Below the pieces are notes generated by a model. It saw nothing but the letters and a program-made list of their open reading frames with translations, was not told the origin of the DNA and did not search any database. Of a stretch of 32,000 nucleotides of DNA, positions 7,557 through 15,000 are shown one piece after another. Source of the DNA: an uncultured Erysipelotrichaceae bacterium (lineage in GTDB: Bacteria; Bacillota_I; Bacilli_A; Erysipelotrichales; Erysipelotrichaceae). The stretch lies in contig CAYNZZ010000003.1 in NCBI GenBank assembly GCA_964401865.1, positions 81,372 to 113,371 on the forward strand, written 5' to 3'. Position numbers and translations under genes: made by a program. How positions within the stretch are numbered: position 1 is the stretch's first letter; each line of letters opens with the position of its first letter.

Positions 7557-8792
7557 ATGCCTAAAAAAGAATTGTTACAAGAATTTGCTAAATTAGCTAT
7601 TGAACTTGGAGTTAATCCCAAGAAAGGTCAACCGGTTGTTATTATGGCACCAGTTGAAGCGTATGAATTCGTTGAAATGTGTGCCAAAGCTGCATATGAA
7701 TATGGTTCAGGACCTGTTCATATCGAGTGGAGAGATAATGTTTTGACACGTCTAAGTTATGAAAATGTTGAAACAGATGTTTTAAAAGAAGTGCCAAACT
7801 ATATGATTGAAAAAATGAAATATAGTATAGAAAAGGGCGTGTGCCAATTAAGTATTGATTGTCCAGATCCAGATTTGTTAGATGGTATTGACCAAGACAA
7901 GATTAAAGCGGTACGCATGGAATCATTAAAAGCTATGCAACCATACCGCTACTACACTATGAATAGTGTTGGTCAATGGTCAATCATTGCTTATCCTAAT
8001 AAAAAATGGGCAAAGAAAGTTTTTCCTGAATTAAACGAAGAAGAAGCTATGGAAAAGCTTTGGGATGCTATTTTATATACATCGAGAGTTCATGAAGGTA
8101 AAGATGTGATAAAAGAATGGGAAAAACATAATGGCGAAATTCACGCGCATTGTAAAAAACTAAATGAGTATGATTTTAAGTCGTTACACTTCACTAATAA
8201 ATATGGAACTGATTTAACTGTAGGTTTAGTAGAGAATCACATTTGGGCTGGTGGCGATGAAGTTAGTACAAGTGGTAGGGTATTTAATCCTAATATCCCA
8301 ACTGAAGAAGTGTTCACAATGCCTGATTGCCATAACATCAATGGCACGGTTGTATCTACAAAACCGCTTAATTATGCCGGTCAAATCATTCCTGAGTTTA
8401 AGCTGACTTTTAAAGATGGCAAGGTTGTTGAAGGAATCGCAACAGAAAATCAAGCGATTTTAGATCAATTATTAAATACTGATGAAGGATGCAGGAGCTT
8501 AGGCGAAGTTGCGTTAATATCTTACGATTCACCGATTTCTAACTCTAAAATTTTATTCTATAACACTTTATTTGATGAGAATGCATCATGTCATTTAGCT
8601 TTAGGGGCTTGTTATCCAACAACCGTTAAAGGTGGCGAAACAATGAGTGAAGAAGGATTATATTCAATCGGTGGAAATCATTCAATGAACCATGTTGATT
8701 TCATGTTCGGAAGCGACGATATGAAAGTGGTTGGAATGACACATGATGGTCAGGAAATCCAAGTTTTTGATGATGGCAATTTTGTTATATAA
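7557..8792 (+). CDS. M29 family aminopeptidase (PepS/AmpS-like)
   Basis: 411 aa. It contains the LFDENASCHLALG metal-site motif, GGNHSMNHVDF near the C-terminus, and an N-terminal LAIELGVNPKKGQPVVI opening typical of thermophilic-metalloprotease (M29) aminopeptidases. SD AAGGAG lies upstream. Confidence 0.85.
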   Translation: MPKKELLQEFAKLAIELGVNPKKGQPVVIMAPVEAYEFVEMCAKAAYEYGSGPVHIEWRDNVLTRLSYENVETDVLKEVPNYMIEKMKYSIEKGVCQLSIDCPDPDLLDGIDQDKIKAVRMESLKAMQPYRYYTMNSVGQWSIIAYPNKKWAKKVFPELNEEEAMEKLWDAILYTSRVHEGKDVIKEWEKHNGEIHAHCKKLNEYDFKSLHFTNKYGTDLTVGLVENHIWAGGDEVSTSGRVFNPNIPTEEVFTMPDCHNINGTVVSTKPLNYAGQIIPEFKLTFKDGKVVEGIATENQAILDQLLNTDEGCRSLGEVALISYDSPISNSKILFYNTLFDENASCHLALGACYPTTVKGGETMSEEGLYSIGGNHSMNHVDFMFGSDDMKVVGMTHDGQEIQVFDDGNFVI

Positions 8793-8795
8793 GGA

Positions 8796-9056
8796 ATGGA
8801 AGATATGTTAGAATTTCGTTATGATACTCAATTACTAATAGAGGGTAAAAATTTAAATGAAGATGCCATTAGTGAATATTTCACTAATAATTTTAAAGGC
8901 GATTGCTTATTGGCAGTTGGAGATGATGAACTAATCAAAATTCATTTTCATACCAATGAACCATGGAAAGTTTTAAAATATTGTTCAACATTAGGTGAGA
9001 TATATGACATTGTTGTTGAAGATATGGATAGGCAAGCTAGGGGCTTGAAAGGTTAA
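8796..9056 (+). CDS. Small stand-alone protein resembling the central domain of FakA/YloV (DAK2-domain fatty-acid kinase)
   Basis: 86 aa. GDCLLAVGDDELIKIHFHTNEPWKVL ... GEIYDIVVEDMDRQ closely parallels the GDSLxVxxDDELVKVHxHxEEPGxVL ... GELxxIKIENMREQ block I remember from YloV/FakA. No DAK2 or C-terminal domain is attached. The start could instead be ATG 8805. Confidence 0.55.
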   Translation: MEDMLEFRYDTQLLIEGKNLNEDAISEYFTNNFKGDCLLAVGDDELIKIHFHTNEPWKVLKYCSTLGEIYDIVVEDMDRQARGLKG

Positions 9057-9076
9057 TAAGATAATAATGATTATTG

Positions 9077-9085
9077 TGCTATAAT
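9077..9085 (+). promoter_or_regulatory. Extended -10 box TGCTATAAT upstream of the DUF2779 gene
   Basis: TGCTATAAT lies 16 nt before ATG 9102, with SD AGAGGAAG (9092-9099) in between. This implies a very short leader. Confidence 0.4.
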
Positions 9086-9101
9086 TTAGTTAGAGGAAGT
9101 A

Positions 9102-10556
9102 ATGTTTCGTATAAGCGACTTTAAGAGATTTCTTTCTTGTCATAGATATTATTATTTGTATCAGGAAAAGAAAGTTGATCATGTACCATATATATACAAT
9201 GGAGATAATGTTACTTCATTATGTATTAAAAAGTTAAGGATCGATAACTATTACTTAGGGATGAAAAACGATCCTGCCAGTCGCTTTATTGAAAATTTTA
9301 AGTCGTATGAGTGGTTTGTAAAAGCTCGGTTAGAAGCTGATGGTTTAAGAGTCAAAGTTCCGATCATTCATAAAACAAATGATGGTATAGATATATACTT
9401 TACATATTATGGTCTGTGTCCGAAGGAAAATGAATTAGATTATTATCGTTTTACAGTCGAAGTAATCAGAAGGAATAATATCAATGTTAATAGCATTTAT
9501 ATTATCTATTTGAACGAAGAATATGTATTGCAAGGTGATTTGGATGTTGACTTGCTATTTAAGATTAGCGATTGTCTATATTCAGATAAGATGAAACCAT
9601 CATATCATTTGAATAACATTCTTAAATATCGTATTAATCTTAAAAATATTGCAAAAGATATAAACGAACATACACTTAATGATTATCTTCCGATTAAAGA
9701 GAAGAAGTGCCACACAAAAAGGATGTGCCCATATTATTACGAGTGTTTTAAAGAAGAAAAAGATATTCCTGATGACAGTGTTTTAACATTAATTGGATAC
9801 CAAGATAGACAAAGATTATATGAAAATGGTATTCACTGTTTGAAGGATATTAAAGAACTAAATGGTTGTAGTAAAATTCAATATGCACAAATAATGGCTA
9901 GTCGAAAGAATGGCATATTCTTTGATTTATTTCCCTTAAAAAGTTTTTTGAAAAAGATCGAATCAAGACCTATTACATTTATTGATTTTGAATGGGATCG
10001 TCATTTAATCCCACCATATGAAGGACTTAGCCCTTGTCAAATTGTATGTTTTGAGTTTGCGATGTATGCATTAGATAAAAACGACAAATTATCTCATGAA
10101 GTATATATAGGGAATAATGACTGCCGTTTGGAGTTTATTAAACATCTAATTAGTACGATTCCTGAAAGCGGGCCGATCGTTGCTTACAATGCTTATGGAG
10201 CTGAAGTGATGCGCCTTAAAGAATTGGCATCGCAGTTTGAGGAATATCGAGAAGAACTTTTATCAATAGCTGACCGTTTTGTTGATTTGGCATATCCATT
10301 TGTGAATGGAATAGTATATGACATAAAAATGAAGGGAGATTTATCTTTAAAATCATTAGTTAATGCCATTTCTGATTATTCATATGATAATCTTGAAATT
10401 CAAAATGGTATGGAAGCTGTTGCCGGTTTTAGAAATTTGAAAGATGATAGTCAAGAGGTCGTTAAACAGCTAGAGGAGTATTGCAGTTTAGATGCCTATG
10501 GGCTTTATTTGGTATATAAGTGGCTATTGGAAATATCGAATAGTCAGAATTCATAA
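9102..10556 (+). CDS. DUF2779 domain protein (Cas4/RecB-like N-terminal half plus DEDD-like exonuclease C-terminal half)
   Basis: 484 aa. Cys13 plus C203-x5-C209-x5-C215 resemble the Cas4/AddB iron-sulfur pattern. The C-terminal half has FIDFEW (DxE), AYNAYGAE and YCSLD, consistent with a DnaQ-like fold. The block FIDFE...PY...PCQIVCFEF matches my memory of DUF2779. Confidence 0.7.
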   Translation: MFRISDFKRFLSCHRYYYLYQEKKVDHVPYIYNGDNVTSLCIKKLRIDNYYLGMKNDPASRFIENFKSYEWFVKARLEADGLRVKVPIIHKTNDGIDIYFTYYGLCPKENELDYYRFTVEVIRRNNINVNSIYIIYLNEEYVLQGDLDVDLLFKISDCLYSDKMKPSYHLNNILKYRINLKNIAKDINEHTLNDYLPIKEKKCHTKRMCPYYYECFKEEKDIPDDSVLTLIGYQDRQRLYENGIHCLKDIKELNGCSKIQYAQIMASRKNGIFFDLFPLKSFLKKIESRPITFIDFEWDRHLIPPYEGLSPCQIVCFEFAMYALDKNDKLSHEVYIGNNDCRLEFIKHLISTIPESGPIVAYNAYGAEVMRLKELASQFEEYREELLSIADRFVDLAYPFVNGIVYDIKMKGDLSLKSLVNAISDYSYDNLEIQNGMEAVAGFRNLKDDSQEVVKQLEEYCSLDAYGLYLVYKWLLEISNSQNS

Positions 10557-10574
10557 AAATAGGAGGTAGCATTT

Positions 10575-11102
10575 ATGAAGTTCACAATTTATGGAGACAA
10601 TGTAGTTATCACAGAGGGTATGAGAGAAAAAATCGAATCCAAGCTTTCTTTTTTAAAGAAGTATCTATTGATTGATGACAATACTACTGCTAGGGTAGTT
10701 GCTAAGGTTTATCCTAATACTCAAAAAGTTGAAATTACTATTCCGACAAAAGTTGGTATCTTGCGTGCAGAAGTAATGCATCCGGATTTTTATAGTGCTA
10801 TTGATTTAGCTATTGATAAACTTGAAGATCAAATTCGCCGTCAGAAGACACGTTTATCAAGAAGACACAAAGATTCTTTGGTTGAAGGCTTTATTGAGGA
10901 AGATGATGAATATTTCAAAGACGACATTCCGGTAAGAACTAAAAATATTTTTGTTGAAGAAATGACATTAGACGATGCGATTATGCAAATGGAAATGCTA
11001 GGTCATTCATTCTTTGTATATAAAGATGCTGACTCAGAGAAAATTGCCGTTGTGTATAAGCGCAATGATGGAGCGTATGGTTTAATCGAAGTAATGGAAT
11101 AA
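10575..11102 (+). CDS. hpf: Ribosome hibernation promoting factor, long form (HPF/YvyD)
   Basis: 175 aa. It has an N-terminal RaiA/S30AE domain (MKFTIYGDNVVITEGMREKIESKL), a linker, and a C-terminal dimerisation domain (MTLDDAIMQMEMLGHSFFVYKD ... VVYKRNDGAYGLIE). Strong SD AGGAGG. Confidence 0.92.
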   Translation: MKFTIYGDNVVITEGMREKIESKLSFLKKYLLIDDNTTARVVAKVYPNTQKVEITIPTKVGILRAEVMHPDFYSAIDLAIDKLEDQIRRQKTRLSRRHKDSLVEGFIEEDDEYFKDDIPVRTKNIFVEEMTLDDAIMQMEMLGHSFFVYKDADSEKIAVVYKRNDGAYGLIEVME

Positions 11103-11136
11103 TATTTTTAGGAATCTTACATTTAGCTTTCAACAA

Positions 11137-11160
11137 TATGATAGAGAAAGAACTATCATA
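11137..11160. repeat. Inverted repeat TATGATAG-N8-CTATCATA in the hpf / small-ORF intergenic region
   Basis: A perfect 8-bp inverted repeat with an 8-nt spacer lies about 30 nt upstream of ATG 11191. No T run follows, so it is not a typical terminator. It could be an operator or a weak hairpin. Confidence 0.4.
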
Positions 11161-11190
11161 GAGTATCTAAAAGGAGGATTGGGAGGCTAA

Positions 11191-11493
11191 ATGAAAGAGA
11201 AACAAATAATTGACATAATGGCTCAAAGCTACAAGCAGAGCAAAATATTCATTAGTGAATGTGAGATGGGTGCAAGAAATAACTATCAAATTGATTTGGC
11301 TACATCTAGAAAAATCGTTGAACATATTGATATGATTGTTAGTTATCTCAATGAAAGGGATCGATTCATTATCTATCATGAGGTTATCTTGGGAAAAACT
11401 GGCAATTGGTATCGAGATAGTTTATCTCAACCGAGTTATTATCGCCATCGAAAAGAGGCATATAAAACTTTCTTGCATAATCTAAATGTATAA
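11191..11493 (+). CDS. Small hypothetical protein with a sigma-70 region-4-like / ArpU-DUF1492-like C-terminal HTH
   Basis: 100 aa with a tandem SD (AAGGAGGA and GGGAGG). The C-terminal pattern LNERDRFIIYHEVILG...W...LSQPSYYRHRKEAYKTFL resembles the LsxxERxII...(S/T)YYRxKxxAxxxF signature of small phage-type region-4 regulators (from memory). It is not HPr: there is no GIHARPA and no KS(I/L)MG. Confidence 0.45.
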   Translation: MKEKQIIDIMAQSYKQSKIFISECEMGARNNYQIDLATSRKIVEHIDMIVSYLNERDRFIIYHEVILGKTGNWYRDSLSQPSYYRHRKEAYKTFLHNLNV

Positions 11494-11505
11494 AGGAGAA
11501 ACAAA

Positions 11506-13209
11506 ATGTATAAAGGTATTGCGGTTTCTGATGGTATTGTAATTGGAAAGACCTTCAAGTTTGAACAGCCTAAGATTGAAATCAAACACCATGATTCTAA
11601 TGCTGAAGAAGAATTGATAAAATTAGAAAAAGCTTTAGAAAAAACTGTTTCAGATATTGAAAAAATCAAAAACCGTGCAAGTAAAAATTTGTCCGCAGAA
11701 GAACTTGCGATCTTTGATGGCCATATTATGATGGCAACCGATCCGGAATATATCGGACAGATAAAAGATATGATTAGTAATGGTAACTGTTCTGAAGAAG
11801 CGATATCAAAAGTTTCAGATATGATGATTGAAATATTTGAAAATATGGATAATGATTATTTCAAAGAGAGAGCCGCTGATATCAAAGATGTCAGTTATCG
11901 CTTAATGTGTAATGTTTTAGGATTAACCATTCCGGACTTATCGTTAATCGATGAAGAAGTTATCATTGTTGCGGAAGATTTGGCTCCTTCTGATACTGCT
12001 CAACTTGATAAACAGTATGTTCTTGGATTTGTTACGGAAGTTGGTGGTAAAACTTCGCACTCTGCAATAATGGCTAGAAGCTTAGAAATACCTGCTATTG
12101 TTGGTATTACTGATGTTTTGAATAATATTCCTGATGGTGCCAATATTATTATGGATGCAATTAAAGGCGAGGTTATTGTTGATCCAAGCGATGAAGAGAT
12201 AAAACGTTATACTGCATTGAAGTTGGAATACGAAGAAGAAAAGAAAGAATTAAAAGTTCTAGTTCACGAAAAGAGTATTACGCTTGATGGCCATGAAGTT
12301 GAACTTGCGAGTAATATCGGTACACCAAAAGATGTTGAAGGTTTGCTCAAAAATGGTGCTGAAGGTTCAGGATTATATCGTACAGAGTTTTTATATCTTG
12401 ATTCAAAAGAGGATTTTCCTACCGAAGATCAACAATACGAGGCATATAAAACTGTTTTAGAGCAGATGAATGGACAAAAGGTAGTTGTTAGAACACTTGA
12501 TATTGGCGGAGATAAGAAATTAGATTATTTCAAGTTTCCTCAAGAGATGAATCCGTTCTTAGGCTATCGCGCCATTCGTATGTGTTTAGACCGCAAAGAT
12601 ATCTTCCGTGTGCAAATTCGTGCCTTGTTAAGGGCATCGATTTACGGAAAATTGTGTATTATGTTTCCGATGATTGCAACGATTGAAGAATTTTTAGAAG
12701 CTAAAGCATTAGTGTTCGAAGAAAAGGAAAATCTTAGAAATGAAGGTTATGAAGTTTCTGATGATATTCAAATTGGCATGATGATAGAAATACCATCTGC
12801 TGCGGTAATGGCGAGGGAATATGCAAAACATGCAGACTTCTTCTCAATCGGCACAAATGATTTAATTCAATACACAATGGCTGCTGATCGTTTATCTAAG
12901 AGTGTATCATATTTATACCAACCACTACATCCTGCGGTGTTGCGTTTAATCAAAATGACTATTGATGGCGGACATGCTGAAGGAAGATGGGTGGGCATGT
13001 GTGGTGAGATGTGCAGTGATCCAATGGTTATACCTGTTTTATTGGGTCTGGGCTTAGATGAATTCTCAATGAGTTCAAATGCTATATTAAAGGCTAGGAA
13101 GACTGTTCGCTCACTTTCGCAAAAGGAAATGGAAAAATTGGCTGCTGACGCTTTGACTATGGATAGCGAAGAAAAGGTTGTCGAATTAGTTAAAAAAGCT
13201 ATGAAATGA
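11506..13209 (+). CDS. ptsI: Phosphoenolpyruvate-protein phosphotransferase (PTS enzyme I)
   Basis: 567 aa. Motifs: GGKTSHSAIMARSLEIPAIVG (active-site His), LYRTEFLY, GTNDLIQY, MCGEM. Ends in TGA. Confidence 0.95.
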   Translation: MYKGIAVSDGIVIGKTFKFEQPKIEIKHHDSNAEEELIKLEKALEKTVSDIEKIKNRASKNLSAEELAIFDGHIMMATDPEYIGQIKDMISNGNCSEEAISKVSDMMIEIFENMDNDYFKERAADIKDVSYRLMCNVLGLTIPDLSLIDEEVIIVAEDLAPSDTAQLDKQYVLGFVTEVGGKTSHSAIMARSLEIPAIVGITDVLNNIPDGANIIMDAIKGEVIVDPSDEEIKRYTALKLEYEEEKKELKVLVHEKSITLDGHEVELASNIGTPKDVEGLLKNGAEGSGLYRTEFLYLDSKEDFPTEDQQYEAYKTVLEQMNGQKVVVRTLDIGGDKKLDYFKFPQEMNPFLGYRAIRMCLDRKDIFRVQIRALLRASIYGKLCIMFPMIATIEEFLEAKALVFEEKENLRNEGYEVSDDIQIGMMIEIPSAAVMAREYAKHADFFSIGTNDLIQYTMAADRLSKSVSYLYQPLHPAVLRLIKMTIDGGHAEGRWVGMCGEMCSDPMVIPVLLGLGLDEFSMSSNAILKARKTVRSLSQKEMEKLAADALTMDSEEKVVELVKKAMK

Positions 13210-13216
13210 TGTATAA

Positions 13217-13242
13217 TGGAGTACGAAAGTACTCCATTATTT
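13217..13242 (+). terminator. Hairpin / probable weak terminator after ptsI
   Basis: TGGAGTAC-GAAA-GTACTCCA is a perfect 8-bp stem with a GAAA tetraloop. It is followed by TTATTTAT. It lies inside the N-terminal extension proposed by the ORF track for the next gene. Confidence 0.5.
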
Positions 13243-13710
13243 ATGAAAAAAATACTGATGATTTCAAGTGGCGGTGGACATTTAACAGAGCTATTACAAT
13301 TAAAAGAAGTCTTTTCAAAATACGATTATAAAATTATTACTGAAAAAACTAAGACGACAAGTTATTTAAAAAAAGAAGATGCTAAGACATCGTATTTATT
13401 GTATGGTACGCAAGATCATCTAATACCCTATCTTTTTATCTTTCCAATCAATATTGTTATCTCGTTTTTTTATTTTATTTTATTTAGACCTGATGTAGTT
13501 GTTACGACTGGTACACATACGGCAGTGCCAATGTGTTTCATTGCACATCTCTTCAAAAAGAAGGTGGTGTTTATTGAAACTTTTGCCAATTCTAAGACAC
13601 CGACTAAGGCTGGTAGAATGGTATATAAGATTGCTGATTTATTTATTGTTCAATGGGAAGAAATGCTAAAATATTATCCTAATGCGGAGTATTGGGGGTG
13701 GATTTTTTAA
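13243..13710 (+). CDS. Alg14-like membrane-anchor subunit of a split glycosyltransferase (PssD/Cps14F family)
   Basis: MKKILMISSGGGHLTE ... FIVQWEEMLKYYPNAEYWGWIF matches the Cps14F pattern (MKKICLVGSSGGHL ... FIVQWEEMKKVYPKA..GGIF) as I remember it. Start 13243 is preferred over 13216 because of this alignment and the hairpin at 13217-13242. Confidence 0.8.
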   Translation: MKKILMISSGGGHLTELLQLKEVFSKYDYKIITEKTKTTSYLKKEDAKTSYLLYGTQDHLIPYLFIFPINIVISFFYFILFRPDVVVTTGTHTAVPMCFIAHLFKKKVVFIETFANSKTPTKAGRMVYKIADLFIVQWEEMLKYYPNAEYWGWIF

Positions 13711-14177
13711 TGATATTTGTAAGTTTGGGAACTCAAGACAAACCTTTTACAAGGCTTTTAGATATTCTTGAACATAGCAATATTAGTGAAGAAATTATTG
13801 TACAAGCTGGTTTTACTAAATATTCATCAAAAAAAATGCAAATATTTGAATATATGGAACCAGATGATTTTGATAAATATTTAAATGAATCAAGGATTGT
13901 GATTTGTCATGGTGGTGTTGGAACAATCATGAAGGCTTTGAATTTATCTAAAACCGTCATTGCCTGTTCAAGATTATCGAAATATGGCGAACATCAAAAC
14001 GATCATCAAAAACAGATAGTTGCTAATTTTGCGGAGCATGGATATATCATGGCTTTGAATGAAAAAGATGATATTGATGAAATAATAAAAAGGGCTGATT
14101 TGTTCACTCCAGAGAAAATATGCTCTAATAAAAAAGTTTTTTTATCTAAATTTGAAAAATATCTAGAAACAATCTAA
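13710..14177 (+). CDS. Alg13-like catalytic subunit of a split glycosyltransferase (PssE/Cps14G family)
   Basis: MIFVSLGTQDKPFTRLL ... HGGVGTIM ... GEHQNDHQKQI matches Cps14G (MIFVTVGTHEQQFNRL ... HGGPATFM ... GEHINDHQIQF). A TAATG overlap joins it to the upstream partner. SD GGGGGTG. Confidence 0.82.
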   Translation: MIFVSLGTQDKPFTRLLDILEHSNISEEIIVQAGFTKYSSKKMQIFEYMEPDDFDKYLNESRIVICHGGVGTIMKALNLSKTVIACSRLSKYGEHQNDHQKQIVANFAEHGYIMALNEKDDIDEIIKRADLFTPEKICSNKKVFLSKFEKYLETI

Positions 14178-14194
14178 ATTTTAATACTCTGATA

Positions 14195-14203
14195 TGATAT
14201 AAT
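14195..14203 (+). promoter_or_regulatory. Extended -10 box TGATATAAT for yebC
   Basis: TGATATAAT lies 22 nt upstream of ATG 14226, with SD AAAGGAG (14214-14220). Confidence 0.5.
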
Positions 14204-14225
14204 ATTCAACTGTAAAGGAGACAAT

Positions 14226-14945
14226 ATGGGAAGAGCACATGAAGTTCGAGCTGCTGCTATGGCTAAAACAGCGGCTATGAAATCAAAATTATATTCACGT
14301 TACGGAAAGGAATTGTATATCGCTGCAAAGAATGGAGTTCCTGATCCAGATACCAATCTAGAATTAAGAAGAAAAATCAAAGAAGCTAAAGCTAACCAAG
14401 TACCTGCTGATGTAATTAAAAGAGCAATCGAAAAGGCAAAGGGCGGAGTTAATGAAAACTATGATTCTTTGCGTTATGAAGGATTTGGACCTGGGCAGGC
14501 CACGATTATCATTGATTGTTTAACAAACAACTGCAATCGTACTGTGGCAGCTATGAATGCCTGTTTCAACAAATCTCATTGCAAGATGGGTGTTAAAGGA
14601 AGTGTTTCTTTTAACTATGACAATTTAGGTGTACTATCATTTAAATATGAAGATGATGAAGCTATGCTAGAAACACTGATTATGGCTGATGTCAATGTCA
14701 ATGATATTGAAGTTGAAGATGGACAAATGGTTGTATATGTTGAAGCTTCTGATTTACACAAGGCTCAAGAAGCAATTGAAAACGCAATTGAAAATGTTGA
14801 ATTTGAAACATGCGCTATTAAAATGCTTCCTCACGAGTATGTAAAGATTGAAAATCCAGATGACAAGGAACTTTGGGATCGTCTTTTAACATTATTAGAT
14901 GATTGCGAAGATGTTCAAGAAGTTTTCCATAATGTTGAAGAATAA
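14226..14945 (+). CDS. yebC: YebC/PmpR family DNA-binding regulatory protein
   Basis: 239 aa. The N-terminus [41 protein letters not shown]..LR and EGFGPG are family hallmarks. Confidence 0.9.
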   Translation: [239 protein letters not shown]

Positions 14946-14967
14946 AAAAGAGTGCATACTCTTTTTT
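14945..14967 (+). terminator. Rho-independent terminator after yebC
   Basis: AAAAAGAGT-GCAT-ACTCTTTTT: a short GC-containing core (GAGT/ACTC) extended by A/T pairs, with a T run to 14967. Confidence 0.55.
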
Positions 14968-14968
14968 G

Positions 14969-14977
14969 TGTATAAAT
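14969..14977 (+). promoter_or_regulatory. Extended -10-like box TGTATAAAT upstream of glyQS
   Basis: It lies directly after the yebC terminator and 23 nt before ATG 15001, with SD AGGGGGGAG (14987-14995). Confidence 0.4.
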
Positions 14978-15000
14978 AATAGTAAAAGGGGGGAGATAAT

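Noticed and set aside
7412-8453. Minus-strand ORFs 7412..7621 and 8226..8453
   Set aside because: They are antisense to the ROK kinase and M29 aminopeptidase genes, with no supporting signals.
11167-11669. Minus-strand ORFs 11167..11379 and 11439..11669
   Set aside because: They are antisense to the small HTH-like ORF and ptsI. The plus-strand genes have strong SDs and, for ptsI, unmistakable motifs.
13216-13242. ATG 13216 as the start of the Alg14-like gene
   Set aside because: The extension is formed by the ptsI terminator-like hairpin. The Cps14F-type alignment begins at MKKI (13243).
14946-15000. T-box riboswitch upstream of glyQS
   Set aside because: I looked for one because it is expected in Firmicutes. 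The interval is only 55 nt and is fully accounted for by a terminator, a -10 box and an SD.
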